Positions 51,317-61,099 of a stretch of 64,000 nt of DNA are shown here, one piece after another. The notes under the pieces were generated by a model. That model did not search any database. It was given only the letters and a program-made list of their open reading frames with translations, and was not told where the DNA came from. The translations under genes were made by a program, and so were the position numbers. This stretch comes from Patescibacteria group bacterium (GTDB lineage: Bacteria; Patescibacteriota; Microgenomatia; UBA10105; UBA927): the NCBI GenBank assembly GCA_049322955.1, contig JBMOPU010000012.1, positions 472,150-536,149 of the forward strand, written 5' to 3'. Position 1 is the first letter of the stretch; each line of letters starts with the position of its first letter.

Positions 51317-51343
51317 TACCGGGGAGAATAGGAGATAATGCAT

Positions 51344-51802
51344 ATGCAAATTAATCTTGACGATCTCAAAAAACTTCGCGCCGAAACGAGTGCCGGAGTG
51401 TCCGATTGCCGACAGGCGCTTGAAGACGCCGAGGGCAATTACGAAAAAGCCAAAAAGCTCATAACCGAGCGCGGACTTGAGAAAGCGGCCAAAAAAGAAG
51501 GCAAAGAAACGTCGCAAGGGTTAGTGGCTTCCTATGTTCATGCCACGGGCAAAGTCGGCGTGCTGGTGGAACTGCGGTGCGAAACCGATTTTGTGGCAAG
51601 GACCGATGAATTCAAAAATCTCGCGCATGAGATGGCGCTACAGATTACGGCAATGAATCCCGAAAACGTGGAATCGCTTCTTGCGAGCGCCTACATTCGC
51701 GATGCAGGCAAAAGTATGGCGGATTTGGTGAAGCTCACGATTGCAAAAGTCGGAGAAAACATCACGGTTGCCAGATTTACTCGCATGCAACTGGGGGAGT
51801 AA
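51344..51802 (+). CDS. tsf: Elongation factor Ts (short form)
   Basis: LKKLRAETSAGVSDCRQAL, ELRCETDFVAR, KVGENITVARF. Confidence 0.95.
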   Translation: MQINLDDLKKLRAETSAGVSDCRQALEDAEGNYEKAKKLITERGLEKAAKKEGKETSQGLVASYVHATGKVGVLVELRCETDFVARTDEFKNLAHEMALQITAMNPENVESLLASAYIRDAGKSMADLVKLTIAKVGENITVARFTRMQLGE

Positions 51803-51938
51803 ATCCTTTTTATTGATAAGAAACAAATATTTCTCGGACATGCCGTCTCGGAAATCGTGATGCAGTTCTGCATGAGTCTTTTTCCTCGTATATAAGATAC
51901 CCTTGACTGGGTTGTTCGGGTCGCCTACACTAATACAC

Positions 51939-52502
51939 ATGATAGACGCACTCTTAAACAGTACCCGCGAACGGATGCGCAAGGCAATTGAAGTGACCCG
52001 TGTTGATCTTTCTTCGATCCGGTCGGGACGGGCGACGCCGGCGTTAGTCGAAAACATCGTGGTGGCAGTCTACGGCGGTACCCAACACCTTAAAGTGATG
52101 GAACTTTCCACAATATCGACTGCCGATAGCAAGACCCTGGTCATTGCACCCTATGACCCCTCAATTATTGCGGAAATCGAACGCGGCATCGCCGCGGCTA
52201 ATGTCGGGTTGAATCCCGTGGTGGACGGAGAAGTCCTCCGTATCTCCATTCCTCCGCTTTCCGAAGAGCGCAGGCAGGAATACATCAAGCTTGCCAAAGT
52301 CAAAATTGAGGCAGGTAAAGTGATGGTGAGGCAGGTGCGTCATGATGCCATGAAGGAGCTTGCGGGCGCCCTTGCCAGCAAAGACGTCGGGGAAGATGAA
52401 AAGAAAAGCGGAGAAAAGAAAGTACAGGAATTGACCGATGAGATGATTGCCGAGCTCGAATCCATGGAAGAGAAGAAGGAATCGGAACTCATGCAGGTAT
52501 AA
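51939..52502 (+). CDS. frr: Ribosome recycling factor
   Basis: IRSGRATP, PPLSEERRQE, RQVRHD; ATG 51939. Confidence 0.96.
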   Translation: MIDALLNSTRERMRKAIEVTRVDLSSIRSGRATPALVENIVVAVYGGTQHLKVMELSTISTADSKTLVIAPYDPSIIAEIERGIAAANVGLNPVVDGEVLRISIPPLSEERRQEYIKLAKVKIEAGKVMVRQVRHDAMKELAGALASKDVGEDEKKSGEKKVQELTDEMIAELESMEEKKESELMQV

Positions 52503-52505
52503 TTG

Positions 52506-52577
52506 GTCATCCCGGACGTGATCCGGGGTCCGTCAGGATTCTCGAGCGCCGTATTCCGGCTCAAGGGCCTCCGTGAC
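52506..52577. repeat. GTCAT..GAC bipartite palindromic (REP/RPE-like) element
   Basis: GTCATCCCGGACGTGATCCGGGGTCC...ATTCCGGCTCAAGGGCCTCCGTGAC; related degenerate copy at 61374-61440. Confidence 0.55.
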
Positions 52578-52585
52578 ATCATACT

Positions 52586-53671
52586 ATGATCCTCACTGCC
52601 ATTACATTTTTTGTCATCTTAACCATTCTTGTTCTGATCCATGAACTCGGCCATTATATGGTTGCCCGTATCGTGGGAGTGCGGGTGGAGGAATTCGGGT
52701 TAGGACTGCCCCCCCGTATTTTCGGCAAAAAAATCGGCAACACCGTCTATTCGCTAAACTGGCTTCCAATCGGCGGGTTTGTACGACTTGCCGGAGAAGA
52801 CGACGAGATACATGATCCGAAACTTGCCAAGTCCGCAAAATACCGGGAATTTTTTTGGGCACGGAGCAAAAAAGAACGGTCGGCGATATTGGTCGCCGGC
52901 GTATTTATGAATTTCGTACTTGCCGTGGGTATTACCGTGGCACTTTTGGTTACCGGAGTCAAAGAACCGTCGGGTAAGGTGCAGGTGGAAAAAGTAGCCG
53001 CAAACAGCCCTGCCGCCGCGGCGGGACTCCGTGAGGGGGATACCATCCTCTCCGTTGCAGAGCGTCCGGAAGCGCCCCGATCCGTAACGACGCCTCCCGA
53101 ACTTATCGCTTTTGTAAAGGATCGTGCGGGACGCGAGATAGTACTTGTCATCGAACGGGAAGGAAAAATCATGGCGGTTTCTTTATCACCGCGGAAAGAA
53201 GTTCCTCCGGGAGAAGGGCCGTTGGGTGTTTCGGTTACCGGCATGGAAACCAAACGTTATAGCCTTAAAGAAGCGCCGATGAAGGCGGTCTCCATTAACC
53301 TCGACAGGATGCGGGACATGTTCACGTCTTTGGGGGGTATGGTGTGGCGGCTTATAACCCTTCGTCCTCCGGAATCCGATGTTGCGGGTCCTATCGGAAT
53401 TGCCCAGGTGACGGGACAGGCGGTGAAATTCGGATGGTCGGCTGTCCTTGAATTCGCCAGTATTCTTTCCCTCAATCTTGCCGTATTAAATATTCTTCCT
53501 ATTCCGGCGCTGGACGGGGGAAGACTCGCCTTTGTGTTCTTGGAAAAAATTATGGGCCGAAAAGTTCGCCCCGCGTTTGAAAAATCAACCCATCAGATCG
53601 GGATGCTTATCCTTTTGGGGCTTATTGTTCTTGTTTCCATTAACGATATCCTTCGTCTTGTCCGCGGATAA
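52586..53671 (+). CDS. rseP: RIP metalloprotease RseP
   Basis: IHELGH, PIGGFVRL, PDZ domain, NILPIPALDGG. Confidence 0.93.
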   Translation: MILTAITFFVILTILVLIHELGHYMVARIVGVRVEEFGLGLPPRIFGKKIGNTVYSLNWLPIGGFVRLAGEDDEIHDPKLAKSAKYREFFWARSKKERSAILVAGVFMNFVLAVGITVALLVTGVKEPSGKVQVEKVAANSPAAAAGLREGDTILSVAERPEAPRSVTTPPELIAFVKDRAGREIVLVIEREGKIMAVSLSPRKEVPPGEGPLGVSVTGMETKRYSLKEAPMKAVSINLDRMRDMFTSLGGMVWRLITLRPPESDVAGPIGIAQVTGQAVKFGWSAVLEFASILSLNLAVLNILPIPALDGGRLAFVFLEKIMGRKVRPAFEKSTHQIGMLILLGLIVLVSINDILRLVRG

Positions 53672-53700
53672 TTTCTTCCTGTGTTGACAGTTTCCGTGAA

Positions 53701-54711
53701 GTGTCTTACGGTTATAGTGTGCAAAAGGTTCTTGATTACGTAAGTTGGGGATTCATCGGACTCCTGGCCCTTCCTACGGTCATGATTATCGCCACATGGG
53801 GAAGTGTCCCCGGCGATATGGGGTACGGTGTCAAACGGGCATTCGAGCAGACCCTCCTTGTTATGGCGCGCCCCTCCTACGATGCGGAAGCCCAACTCAA
53901 CGCCCAATACACCAAACGACGACTCGAGGAAGCCAAGGCGCTTTTGGCCAACAACCAATCATCCGCAGGGTTGGCATACCTGTCGCAACAGGTTACCGCA
54001 ACCAAAAAGTTGATCGAACGGGCACCGACCGCCGAAAAAAAACGCGAAGCGGCCAAAAACTATCTTTCAACGTTAAAAACGGTTTCCAAAGAACTGAAGG
54101 CGCAACAAACAAAGCCGAGGAGCATCGCGGTGAAGACAAAATCAAAGGGCACATTAAGCGGTGCTACGGTTGCGAGTCTGCAGTCTGATTTAGCCCGGCA
54201 AATTCAGGAGATACAAACCCTGCAGACGCAACTGGAGCAACAAGTGAATAGCTCCCCGCAGACACAACAACTGCTGTCACAGCTCTCTGCACAGGAGCAA
54301 CAGCTACGGCAGTTACAACAGCAGGTGCAATCTCAGTCCGTCACCGCCCCGGAACAGGTACAGCAAATCCAATCGCAGATGGAAACGGCTCAGGAACAAA
54401 CCCAATCGATCGTTTCGGAGATCACTACTCCGGAAAACGCGCAGGAATCACAGGGACAGGAAGTCATTGATCTGTCTATTGATAACACCGCAAGTCAGAT
54501 TGATGAAGCAATTGAAGAATTGGAGACTATTGTTGCGGAATCAGCCGATCAACAGCCGGAAATGGAAACAGAAACGGAGATCACCCCTGAGCCATCGGAA
54601 AATGACAACGGCGGAGAAAATAACGGCAACGGCCAGAATGGTAACGGCAACAATAACGCCGATAATAACGGCAACAATAGCGGGGAAAACGGCAACGGAT
54701 CGGAGAACTGA
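53701..54711 (+). CDS. Membrane-anchored DUF5667-like protein with Q-rich coil and N/G-rich tail
   Basis: SVPGDMGYGVKRAFE..RRLEEA; low-complexity C-terminus. Confidence 0.6.
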   Translation: MSYGYSVQKVLDYVSWGFIGLLALPTVMIIATWGSVPGDMGYGVKRAFEQTLLVMARPSYDAEAQLNAQYTKRRLEEAKALLANNQSSAGLAYLSQQVTATKKLIERAPTAEKKREAAKNYLSTLKTVSKELKAQQTKPRSIAVKTKSKGTLSGATVASLQSDLARQIQEIQTLQTQLEQQVNSSPQTQQLLSQLSAQEQQLRQLQQQVQSQSVTAPEQVQQIQSQMETAQEQTQSIVSEITTPENAQESQGQEVIDLSIDNTASQIDEAIEELETIVAESADQQPEMETETEITPEPSENDNGGENNGNGQNGNGNNNADNNGNNSGENGNGSEN

Positions 54712-54769
54712 TCATCCGATATTTGTTGACTCTTGTACCCCTCTGCGATACCATATCCCTAAGCAAATA

Positions 54770-54979
54770 CACGCGATCGTTCCGTGATCCGACCGGAATA
54801 ACCCTTTTTGGGACGCGGCTCTGCCAATAACAGAGACGGGGAATGCCCGTGATAGCTGACAATGAGACGCTCGTCTTGGCGGTGTAAGACGAACGAGATA
54901 AGGTGGTACCGCGAGCATACCCTCGCCCTTATCTACGGGAAATATTATGTTCCGTAGGTGTATGGGGAGGGATTTTTTT
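54770..54979 (+). promoter_or_regulatory. T-box riboswitch (Pro specifier)
   Basis: AAGGTGGTACCGCG T-box near 54900-54913 with TCGCCCTTATC antiterminator partner; CCG specifier 54789-54791; upstream TTGACT-N17-TACCAT. Confidence 0.85.
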
Positions 54980-55315
54980 ATGGCTGTTTATGATAATTTT
55001 CAAGCGCTTGATATCCGTGTCGGCGTAATCATCGGAGTTGAGGATTTTCCCGAGGCAAAAAAACCGGCGTATAAGCTTACCATCGATTTTGGCCAAGAGA
55101 TCGGTATAAAACGGTCGAGTGCCCAATTGGTCAAACACTATACAAAAGACCTCCTCATGGGTAAAAAGGTATTGGGAGTCGTAAATTTTGCACCACGACA
55201 GATCGGCCCGTTCATTTCCGAAGTGCTGACCCTGGGAGTACCCGATGCCGCCCACGAGTGTGTCTTGATTGTTCCTGATAAAGATGATGCAATAGTTGGA
55301 GGAAAACTTTATTAA
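54980..55315 (+). CDS. csaA: tRNA-binding protein / chaperone CsaA
   Basis: LDIRVGVI, FPEAKKPAYKLTIDFG, SSAQL, VVNFAPRQIGPFISEVLTLG. Confidence 0.9.
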   Translation: MAVYDNFQALDIRVGVIIGVEDFPEAKKPAYKLTIDFGQEIGIKRSSAQLVKHYTKDLLMGKKVLGVVNFAPRQIGPFISEVLTLGVPDAAHECVLIVPDKDDAIVGGKLY

Positions 55316-55371
55316 AACATTTACCCTGCAACAGCTAACTGTTAACAGTCAACGGTTACTTGCACCTTTCT

Positions 55372-56820
55372 ATGAAACAACAATTTGAAAAAAAGGAACT
55401 GAAGAAAAAAAGCGACGATTTATCCGCCTGGTACACCGACGTCATTTTGAAAGCAACGATAGCAGATTATGCTCCGGTTAAAGGATGTATGGTCATTCGT
55501 CCGTACGGCTATGCGTTGTGGGAATCCGTACAGGAAGCGTTAAATCGCATGATGAAAAGTGCGGGTATCGAAAACGCGTATTTTCCTCTTTTCATTCCAT
55601 ATTCGCTTCTTGAAAAAGAAAAACAACACGTTGCGGGGTTTTCACCGGAACTTGCGGTGGTCACTATAGGAGGAGGAGAAGAATTGAAGGATCCGTTGGT
55701 GGTGCGACCGACGTCGGAAACCATCATGTATGAAATGTACGGTAAATGGGTGCAGAGCTGGCGGGATCTGCCGGTGCTTATTAACCAGTGGAACAACGTC
55801 GTGCGGTGGGAAAAACGTACCTATCTCTTTTTACGAACGACGGAGTTCCTGTGGCAGGAAGGTCATACCGCCCATGAGACCGAGGAAGAAGCGGTCGCTA
55901 TGGTGATGAAAGCGCTTGACTGGTATCGGCAAGTGTATGAAGACTATTTTGCCGTCCCCGTCGTTATGGGGCAAAAGAGTGAGTCGGAAAAATTCGCCGG
56001 GGCGAAAACCACCTTCACCGTGGAAGCGCTCATGCCGGACGGTAAGGCACTGCAGGGCGGCACCAGTCACAACCTCGGACAAAACTTTTCGAAATCGTTT
56101 GACATCTCCTTCCAAACCCGGGATGGGAAGAGTGATTTTGTCTGGCAGACATCCTTCGGGTTTTCCACCCGGAGTCTCGGGGGATTATTTCTGACGCACG
56201 GGGATGATAGCGGCTTAGTATTGCCCCCCAAAATCGCTTCGATTCAGGCAATCATCATCCCGATTTTTAAGGGTGATGATACGAAGGAAGGGCTCCTTGA
56301 ATACTGCGGCGAAATTCGTGATGCGCTGGTGGGACAGGGTATTCGCGCGAGACTTGACGATCGTGACAGCCAATCGGTCGGAAGAAAGTTTAATGAATGG
56401 GAAGTGAAGGGGGTGCCGATCCGATTGGAAATCGGACCCAAGGAGATGGCGGATAGGGCACTTACCGTTGCCCGTCGTGACACGGGGGAAAAGTCGGTCG
56501 TGGAACGCAAGGAAATGATTCCTACGGTTGAAAAATTGCTGGAAACCATCCAGGAATCGCTTTTTGCAAAGGCCAAAAAACATCTTTCCGACAACACACA
56601 CGAGGTAACGGAATTTGCCGAATTTGAAACGATCATGCAAACAACCCGCGGTTTTATCCGTGCCTTCTGGTGCGAGGAAGCGGCGTGCGAAGCGGCCATA
56701 AAGGAAAAAACCAAAGCAACCACCCGGTGTTTGCCGCTTACGGCGGAAAAAGGAAAAGGGAACTGTGTTCACTGCGGCAAAGAGGCAACCCGAAAGTGGC
56801 TGTTCGGACAGTCCTATTAA
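55372..56820 (+). CDS. proS: Proline--tRNA ligase (archaeal/eukaryotic type)
   Basis: VRPTSET, QWNNVVRWE, FLRTTEFLWQEGHT, QGGTSHNLGQNF, C-terminal Zn site and Y. Confidence 0.97.
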   Translation: MKQQFEKKELKKKSDDLSAWYTDVILKATIADYAPVKGCMVIRPYGYALWESVQEALNRMMKSAGIENAYFPLFIPYSLLEKEKQHVAGFSPELAVVTIGGGEELKDPLVVRPTSETIMYEMYGKWVQSWRDLPVLINQWNNVVRWEKRTYLFLRTTEFLWQEGHTAHETEEEAVAMVMKALDWYRQVYEDYFAVPVVMGQKSESEKFAGAKTTFTVEALMPDGKALQGGTSHNLGQNFSKSFDISFQTRDGKSDFVWQTSFGFSTRSLGGLFLTHGDDSGLVLPPKIASIQAIIIPIFKGDDTKEGLLEYCGEIRDALVGQGIRARLDDRDSQSVGRKFNEWEVKGVPIRLEIGPKEMADRALTVARRDTGEKSVVERKEMIPTVEKLLETIQESLFAKAKKHLSDNTHEVTEFAEFETIMQTTRGFIRAFWCEEAACEAAIKEKTKATTRCLPLTAEKGKGNCVHCGKEATRKWLFGQSY

Positions 56821-56878
56821 GCCAAACTATCGACTCAAAATTGACTACATGTGTGAGGTATGATACACTTTGTGTCCT

Positions 56879-57121
56879 ATGGCACTGACTGCTGAATCTG
56901 TTCAGGTTGACGGGAAAAGTTTTCGCATATTGCCCTTCGATGTCGAGCGTATCAACGCCAATATGAATGAAGGGGTGCTTCATATTTGGCATGGGGTAGC
57001 GGCCGCACGAGGCGATGAACAAGCCGAATCCGGCATTTTTGCGTCCGCAACCGTCAGATATTCACGGGAAAGCGGAAGATATCCGGAAATAAAAGAAGTT
57101 ACGACAAGAAAAATCGGATAA
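56879..57121 (+). CDS. Small hypothetical protein
   Basis: 80-aa ORF with TTGACT..TATGAT promoter-like sequence upstream. Confidence 0.5.
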   Translation: MALTAESVQVDGKSFRILPFDVERINANMNEGVLHIWHGVAAARGDEQAESGIFASATVRYSRESGRYPEIKEVTTRKIG

Positions 57122-57173
57122 GTGTCCACATTTTGCTCTTTCTTCACTGTACGAAAACGGCTATACTAGCCTC

Positions 57174-58004
57174 ATGAAAACCGTTGTTACTCACATAGGG
57201 CCCGATCTTGATGCCATCACAAGTACCTGGCTCGTCAAAACGTTTTTCCCCGGGTGGGAAGAGGCGGAGATCGTGTTTGTTCCGGCGGGTACGACGCTCA
57301 ATAAAACGGATCCCGACGGTAATCCGGAAATTCTTCACGTTGATACGGGTTTCGGACGTTTTGACCATCACCAAACCGACGCGGACACCTGCGCCGCAAT
57401 GCTCGTCTATGAGGAAATCAAAAAACAACACGGGCCCGACCCGGTACTTGAACGAATGGTAGAAGTCGTTAACGACGTCGACCACTTTAAGGAAGTGTTT
57501 TACCCCAATGCGAGTGCGGATTACTGGGAATTTTGGATAGTGGGGCAAATTGACGGATGGCGGCTCCTTTTTAGCGATAACCCGTTAAAGATTATGGAAC
57601 TCGGGTTTGCCTCGCTGGACGGTATTTACAAAGTGATGCTCAACAAAATATGGGCCGAAAAGGAACTTGATCAGGCGTCCCCGTTTGAAACGAGATGGGG
57701 GAACGGTTTGGGCTTTGAAACCGTCAATGATGAGGTCATTCATCAGGCACAAAAACGAGGATATAGCGTCGTCATACGAAAAGATCCGAAAAAAGGATAC
57801 GTGCGGATCAAAACCCTCCCCAAACCGGAAATTGATCTCACCCCGCTGTATGAACGGCTCAAAAGCGACGAGCCGGAATCAACCTGGTTTCTCCACGCAT
57901 CGCGTCATATGCTATTAAACGGCAGTGCAAAAAACCCCGAGATGAAGCCCACAAAACGCACGCTTGCCGAGCTTATTAGCGTCATCAAGGAGGTGTTGGC
58001 ATGA
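57174..58004 (+). CDS. MYG1/DHH-family hydrolase
   Basis: VTHIGPDLDA, VDTGFGRFDHHQ. Confidence 0.7.
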   Translation: MKTVVTHIGPDLDAITSTWLVKTFFPGWEEAEIVFVPAGTTLNKTDPDGNPEILHVDTGFGRFDHHQTDADTCAAMLVYEEIKKQHGPDPVLERMVEVVNDVDHFKEVFYPNASADYWEFWIVGQIDGWRLLFSDNPLKIMELGFASLDGIYKVMLNKIWAEKELDQASPFETRWGNGLGFETVNDEVIHQAQKRGYSVVIRKDPKKGYVRIKTLPKPEIDLTPLYERLKSDEPESTWFLHASRHMLLNGSAKNPEMKPTKRTLAELISVIKEVLA

Positions 58005-58417
58005 GCGAATGTATCTTTTGTAAGATTGTGAACAACGAAATCCCTTCGTACACGGTGTATGAAGATACGGACACCCGTTCATTTCTGGACATCTTCGGGG
58101 CAACCGACGGACATGCCATGGTCATCTTAAAAAAACACGGTGTTACCATTCATGACTATTCGCAAAGTGAGCTCGGGGCACTATGGGAAACTGCCAAAAA
58201 AGTGGCGGCCGCGATTGAAAAAGCGTTTGGGACCACGATCCTGAGTATCGGGATAAATCACGGTGAACCTGACGGGGTCAAACACTTGCACGTCCATATT
58301 ATGCCTCGCTTTGCGGGTGATGGAGGTGGTATAATACAGTCACTCCCGGGAAAAAAAAGGGAAATCCAAGATTTTTCCGGCGTGGCGGAGCAAATCCGCT
58401 CACAGATAGGAAAGTGA
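58001..58417 (+). CDS. HIT family hydrolase
   Basis: CIFCKI, HLHVHIMPR. Confidence 0.93.
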   Translation: MSECIFCKIVNNEIPSYTVYEDTDTRSFLDIFGATDGHAMVILKKHGVTIHDYSQSELGALWETAKKVAAAIEKAFGTTILSIGINHGEPDGVKHLHVHIMPRFAGDGGGIIQSLPGKKREIQDFSGVAEQIRSQIGK

Positions 58418-58432
58418 GGTGTTTTTATTTCT

Positions 58433-58630
58433 ATGGTATTTGTTAAAGCACAACCAGGCGATACATCAGATGCATTAATTCGAAAATTCATGCGGAAGGT
58501 CCTCAACGAAGGAATTCTGCAGGATCTTAAAAAGCGGGAACATTACGTCAAACCCGCCGAAAAGCGAAAAGAGCAAAAGAAAGAATTAGCACGCCGTATG
58601 CGAAGAAACCGCAAGACGGGACGAACGTAA
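58433..58630 (+). CDS. rpsU: 30S ribosomal protein S21
   Basis: ALIRKF..GILQDLKKREHYVKPAEKRK; GAGGTG RBS; upstream of yqeY. Confidence 0.9.
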   Translation: MVFVKAQPGDTSDALIRKFMRKVLNEGILQDLKKREHYVKPAEKRKEQKKELARRMRRNRKTGRT

Positions 58631-58642
58631 AAATACACGGGT

Positions 58643-59089
58643 ATGCTTCTTGATACGCTGAAATCACAACTGACGAGCGCGATGAAAGCGCATGACGCCG
58701 TAACGGTGGAAACCGTGCGGTTTCTTCTTGCCGCGGTAAGAAACATCGCCATCGATAAATACGGCGCCGAAGGGGAAGCAAAGGTGACCGATCAGGATGT
58801 TCTGGATGTTGTCAAAAAGCAGGTAAAAACCCACAACGAATCAGTTGAGGCATTTACGAAAGCGGGAAGAACCGAACTTGCCGAGCAGGAACGTGCGCAA
58901 TTAGCAGTGCTTTCGCAATACCTGCCCAAACAAATGAGTGATGGTGAATTACGTGCCGTTTTAGCGCCGGTCGCGGCAGGAGGCGGTGACTTCGGTCCGC
59001 TCATGGGGAAGGCCATGGCGGCGGTGAAAGGTCAGGCGGACGGGGGAAATGTCTCCCGTATCTTAAAGGAACTGCTCTCTTCCCAATAA
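58643..59089 (+). CDS. GatB/YqeY domain protein
   Basis: AMKAHD, AGRTELAEQE, YLPKQMS, MGKAM..VKGQADG. Confidence 0.92.
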   Translation: MLLDTLKSQLTSAMKAHDAVTVETVRFLLAAVRNIAIDKYGAEGEAKVTDQDVLDVVKKQVKTHNESVEAFTKAGRTELAEQERAQLAVLSQYLPKQMSDGELRAVLAPVAAGGGDFGPLMGKAMAAVKGQADGGNVSRILKELLSSQ

Positions 59090-59117
59090 ACGCTCATTGG
59101 TATATGGTGAAAGTCAC

Positions 59118-59513
59118 ATGATTGCCGTTCTTTTTACCACCGAATCGCATTTCCCCGTTAAGAAATCCACCGTTACCCAAGCGATAGAGAAATCTCTCGA
59201 AGGCAGAGTTAAACGCGATACCGAAGTGAGTGTGTCGATTATCGGAGATCGGAGGATGCAGGAACTGAACCGCACCTATCGGCAGAAAGATTATCCCACG
59301 GATGTCCTGTCGTTTCCGCAATACGATCCAAGTCAGCCGGGAGCTCCTTTTGTCGACTCCCCGGACGGAATTTTACGATTGGGTGACATCGTCGTGTCCT
59401 ATCCGCAGGCCGTACGGGAAGCTACCGAGGAAAACAAATTGGTTGATGAGAAAATCGTGGAACTTGTTCTGCACGGCCTGGAACACCTTTTGGGGAATCA
59501 CCACGAAGAATAA
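59118..59513 (+). CDS. ybeY: rRNA maturation endoribonuclease YbeY
   Basis: LNRTYRQKDYPTDVLSF, LGDIVV, HGLEHLLGNHH. Confidence 0.93.
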   Translation: MIAVLFTTESHFPVKKSTVTQAIEKSLEGRVKRDTEVSVSIIGDRRMQELNRTYRQKDYPTDVLSFPQYDPSQPGAPFVDSPDGILRLGDIVVSYPQAVREATEENKLVDEKIVELVLHGLEHLLGNHHEE

Positions 59514-59628
59514 AGACGAGTGTATATGGTATATAGTTCAGAGGGGATCGTCATCGGAAACGGCGCGAGATTTGAATACCTTACCGTTTGATGAACGAGT
59601 CCCATAAGTGTTGAACCGGTAACTCAAT

Positions 59629-61089
59629 ATGTCGTTTTATCGCATCTATCGCCCTCAGGTTATTGATGAAATTGATAACGGTGCCGTTCGCGAGCAGTTA
59701 TTGACGCTTTTAGCGAAGGACCGGAGCAGGTTACCCCATGCGTTTTTCTTCACGGGGCCCAAAGGGACGGGAAAAACGACTGCCGCCCGGGTGATTGCAA
59801 AATTATTTAACTGCACGAACCTTTCTCCCACTGGCCCGTGCGGCAATTGTGATCAGTGCATGAGTATCACCAAGGGCATGAATCTCGACGTCATTGAGAT
59901 GGATGCGGCAAGTAATCGGGGCATTGATGAAATACGGCAACTGCGAGACCGCATCAACCTTACGCCGACGTCATCTTCTTTCACGGTTTATATTATCGAT
60001 GAAGTGCATATGTTAACGACTGAGGCGTTTAATGCACTCTTAAAGACCCTCGAAGAGCCGCCCCCGCACGCGGTATTTGTGCTCGCCACCACCGACGCGC
60101 ATAAGGTTCCCGCCACCATAAAGTCACGGTGTCTCGAGCTGAATTTTCATAAGGCAACCACGGCAGAAATCGTGCACGCGTTACAGCGAATCGTTGATGC
60201 GGAAAAAATAGCCATATCCGCGGACGGCTTAACCTACATTGCCGGACTTGCCGACGGATCATTCAGGGACGCGGTCAAATACCTTGAACAGGCAAGTTTG
60301 CAGGCAGGCAAAGTCACCGAGGAATCACTGCAAAAGCTATTTGCGACCCCGCAATACACCAAACTTCGGACATTCATTAGCGTATTGTTCCGTCGTGATA
60401 TAGAAGGTGTTTTGAAAAATCTTGATGAGGTGGTCGGACAGGGTATTGATCTTCGGTCATTTCTCACCTTTGTCCTTCAGGCATTGGAAGCCGACATGGT
60501 AAGTCTGGTAAAAGGGGAGAAGGATGCTGTTGCGGGTTCTCTTGATGACATCAAGCTTGCCGTCCGGCTCTTGGGACGCGCGTACGAAGAGTTACGGTTA
60601 AGTCCCGTACCGAAGTTGCCACTGGAACTTGCCGTCATTGAATTTTGTTACGCGGACACGCAACAGACTCTCCAAAAGCAGGGGGCACCCCGACCGACAT
60701 CCGCACCGGTGTCACCCGTGATACACCATGCGACTTCCGCAATGCCGTCTTCATCCGCAACAAACCATGCGCCTGCACCCGAGCCGACTCCCGCGCCGGA
60801 AGCATCCGTAGCCCCTGCGGAGTCATTGGGATTGCTGACACTCGAAAAACTCATCGAGCACTGGCCGGATTTTATCGCGACAACCAAGCCTATCAATCAT
60901 TCGGTTGCTGGTGTTCTTCGGTCCTCTAGACCGAAAGCGGTGGACAATGGTATAGTAACAATCGAAGCGTTCTATAAATTTCATCAGGAAAAACTGGCGG
61001 ATATTCACACCAAACAGATTCTTTCCGATGTCTTGAAAAAACTCTTCGGAGAAAAGGTAAAAATAGAAATTGTGTTAGGAAAAAAATAA
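59629..61089 (+). CDS. dnaX: DNA polymerase III subunit gamma/tau
   Basis: YRPQ, GPKGTGKTT, EMDAASNRGIDEIR, IIDEVHML, KSRC. Confidence 0.96.
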   Translation: MSFYRIYRPQVIDEIDNGAVREQLLTLLAKDRSRLPHAFFFTGPKGTGKTTAARVIAKLFNCTNLSPTGPCGNCDQCMSITKGMNLDVIEMDAASNRGIDEIRQLRDRINLTPTSSSFTVYIIDEVHMLTTEAFNALLKTLEEPPPHAVFVLATTDAHKVPATIKSRCLELNFHKATTAEIVHALQRIVDAEKIAISADGLTYIAGLADGSFRDAVKYLEQASLQAGKVTEESLQKLFATPQYTKLRTFISVLFRRDIEGVLKNLDEVVGQGIDLRSFLTFVLQALEADMVSLVKGEKDAVAGSLDDIKLAVRLLGRAYEELRLSPVPKLPLELAVIEFCYADTQQTLQKQGAPRPTSAPVSPVIHHATSAMPSSSATNHAPAPEPTPAPEASVAPAESLGLLTLEKLIEHWPDFIATTKPINHSVAGVLRSSRPKAVDNGIVTIEAFYKFHQEKLADIHTKQILSDVLKKLFGEKVKIEIVLGKK

Positions 61090-61099
61090 AGGAGGATCT

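Noticed and set aside
59629-61089. Programmed frameshift in dnaX
   Set aside because: No convincing A6G slippery site with stimulatory hairpin found near the linker
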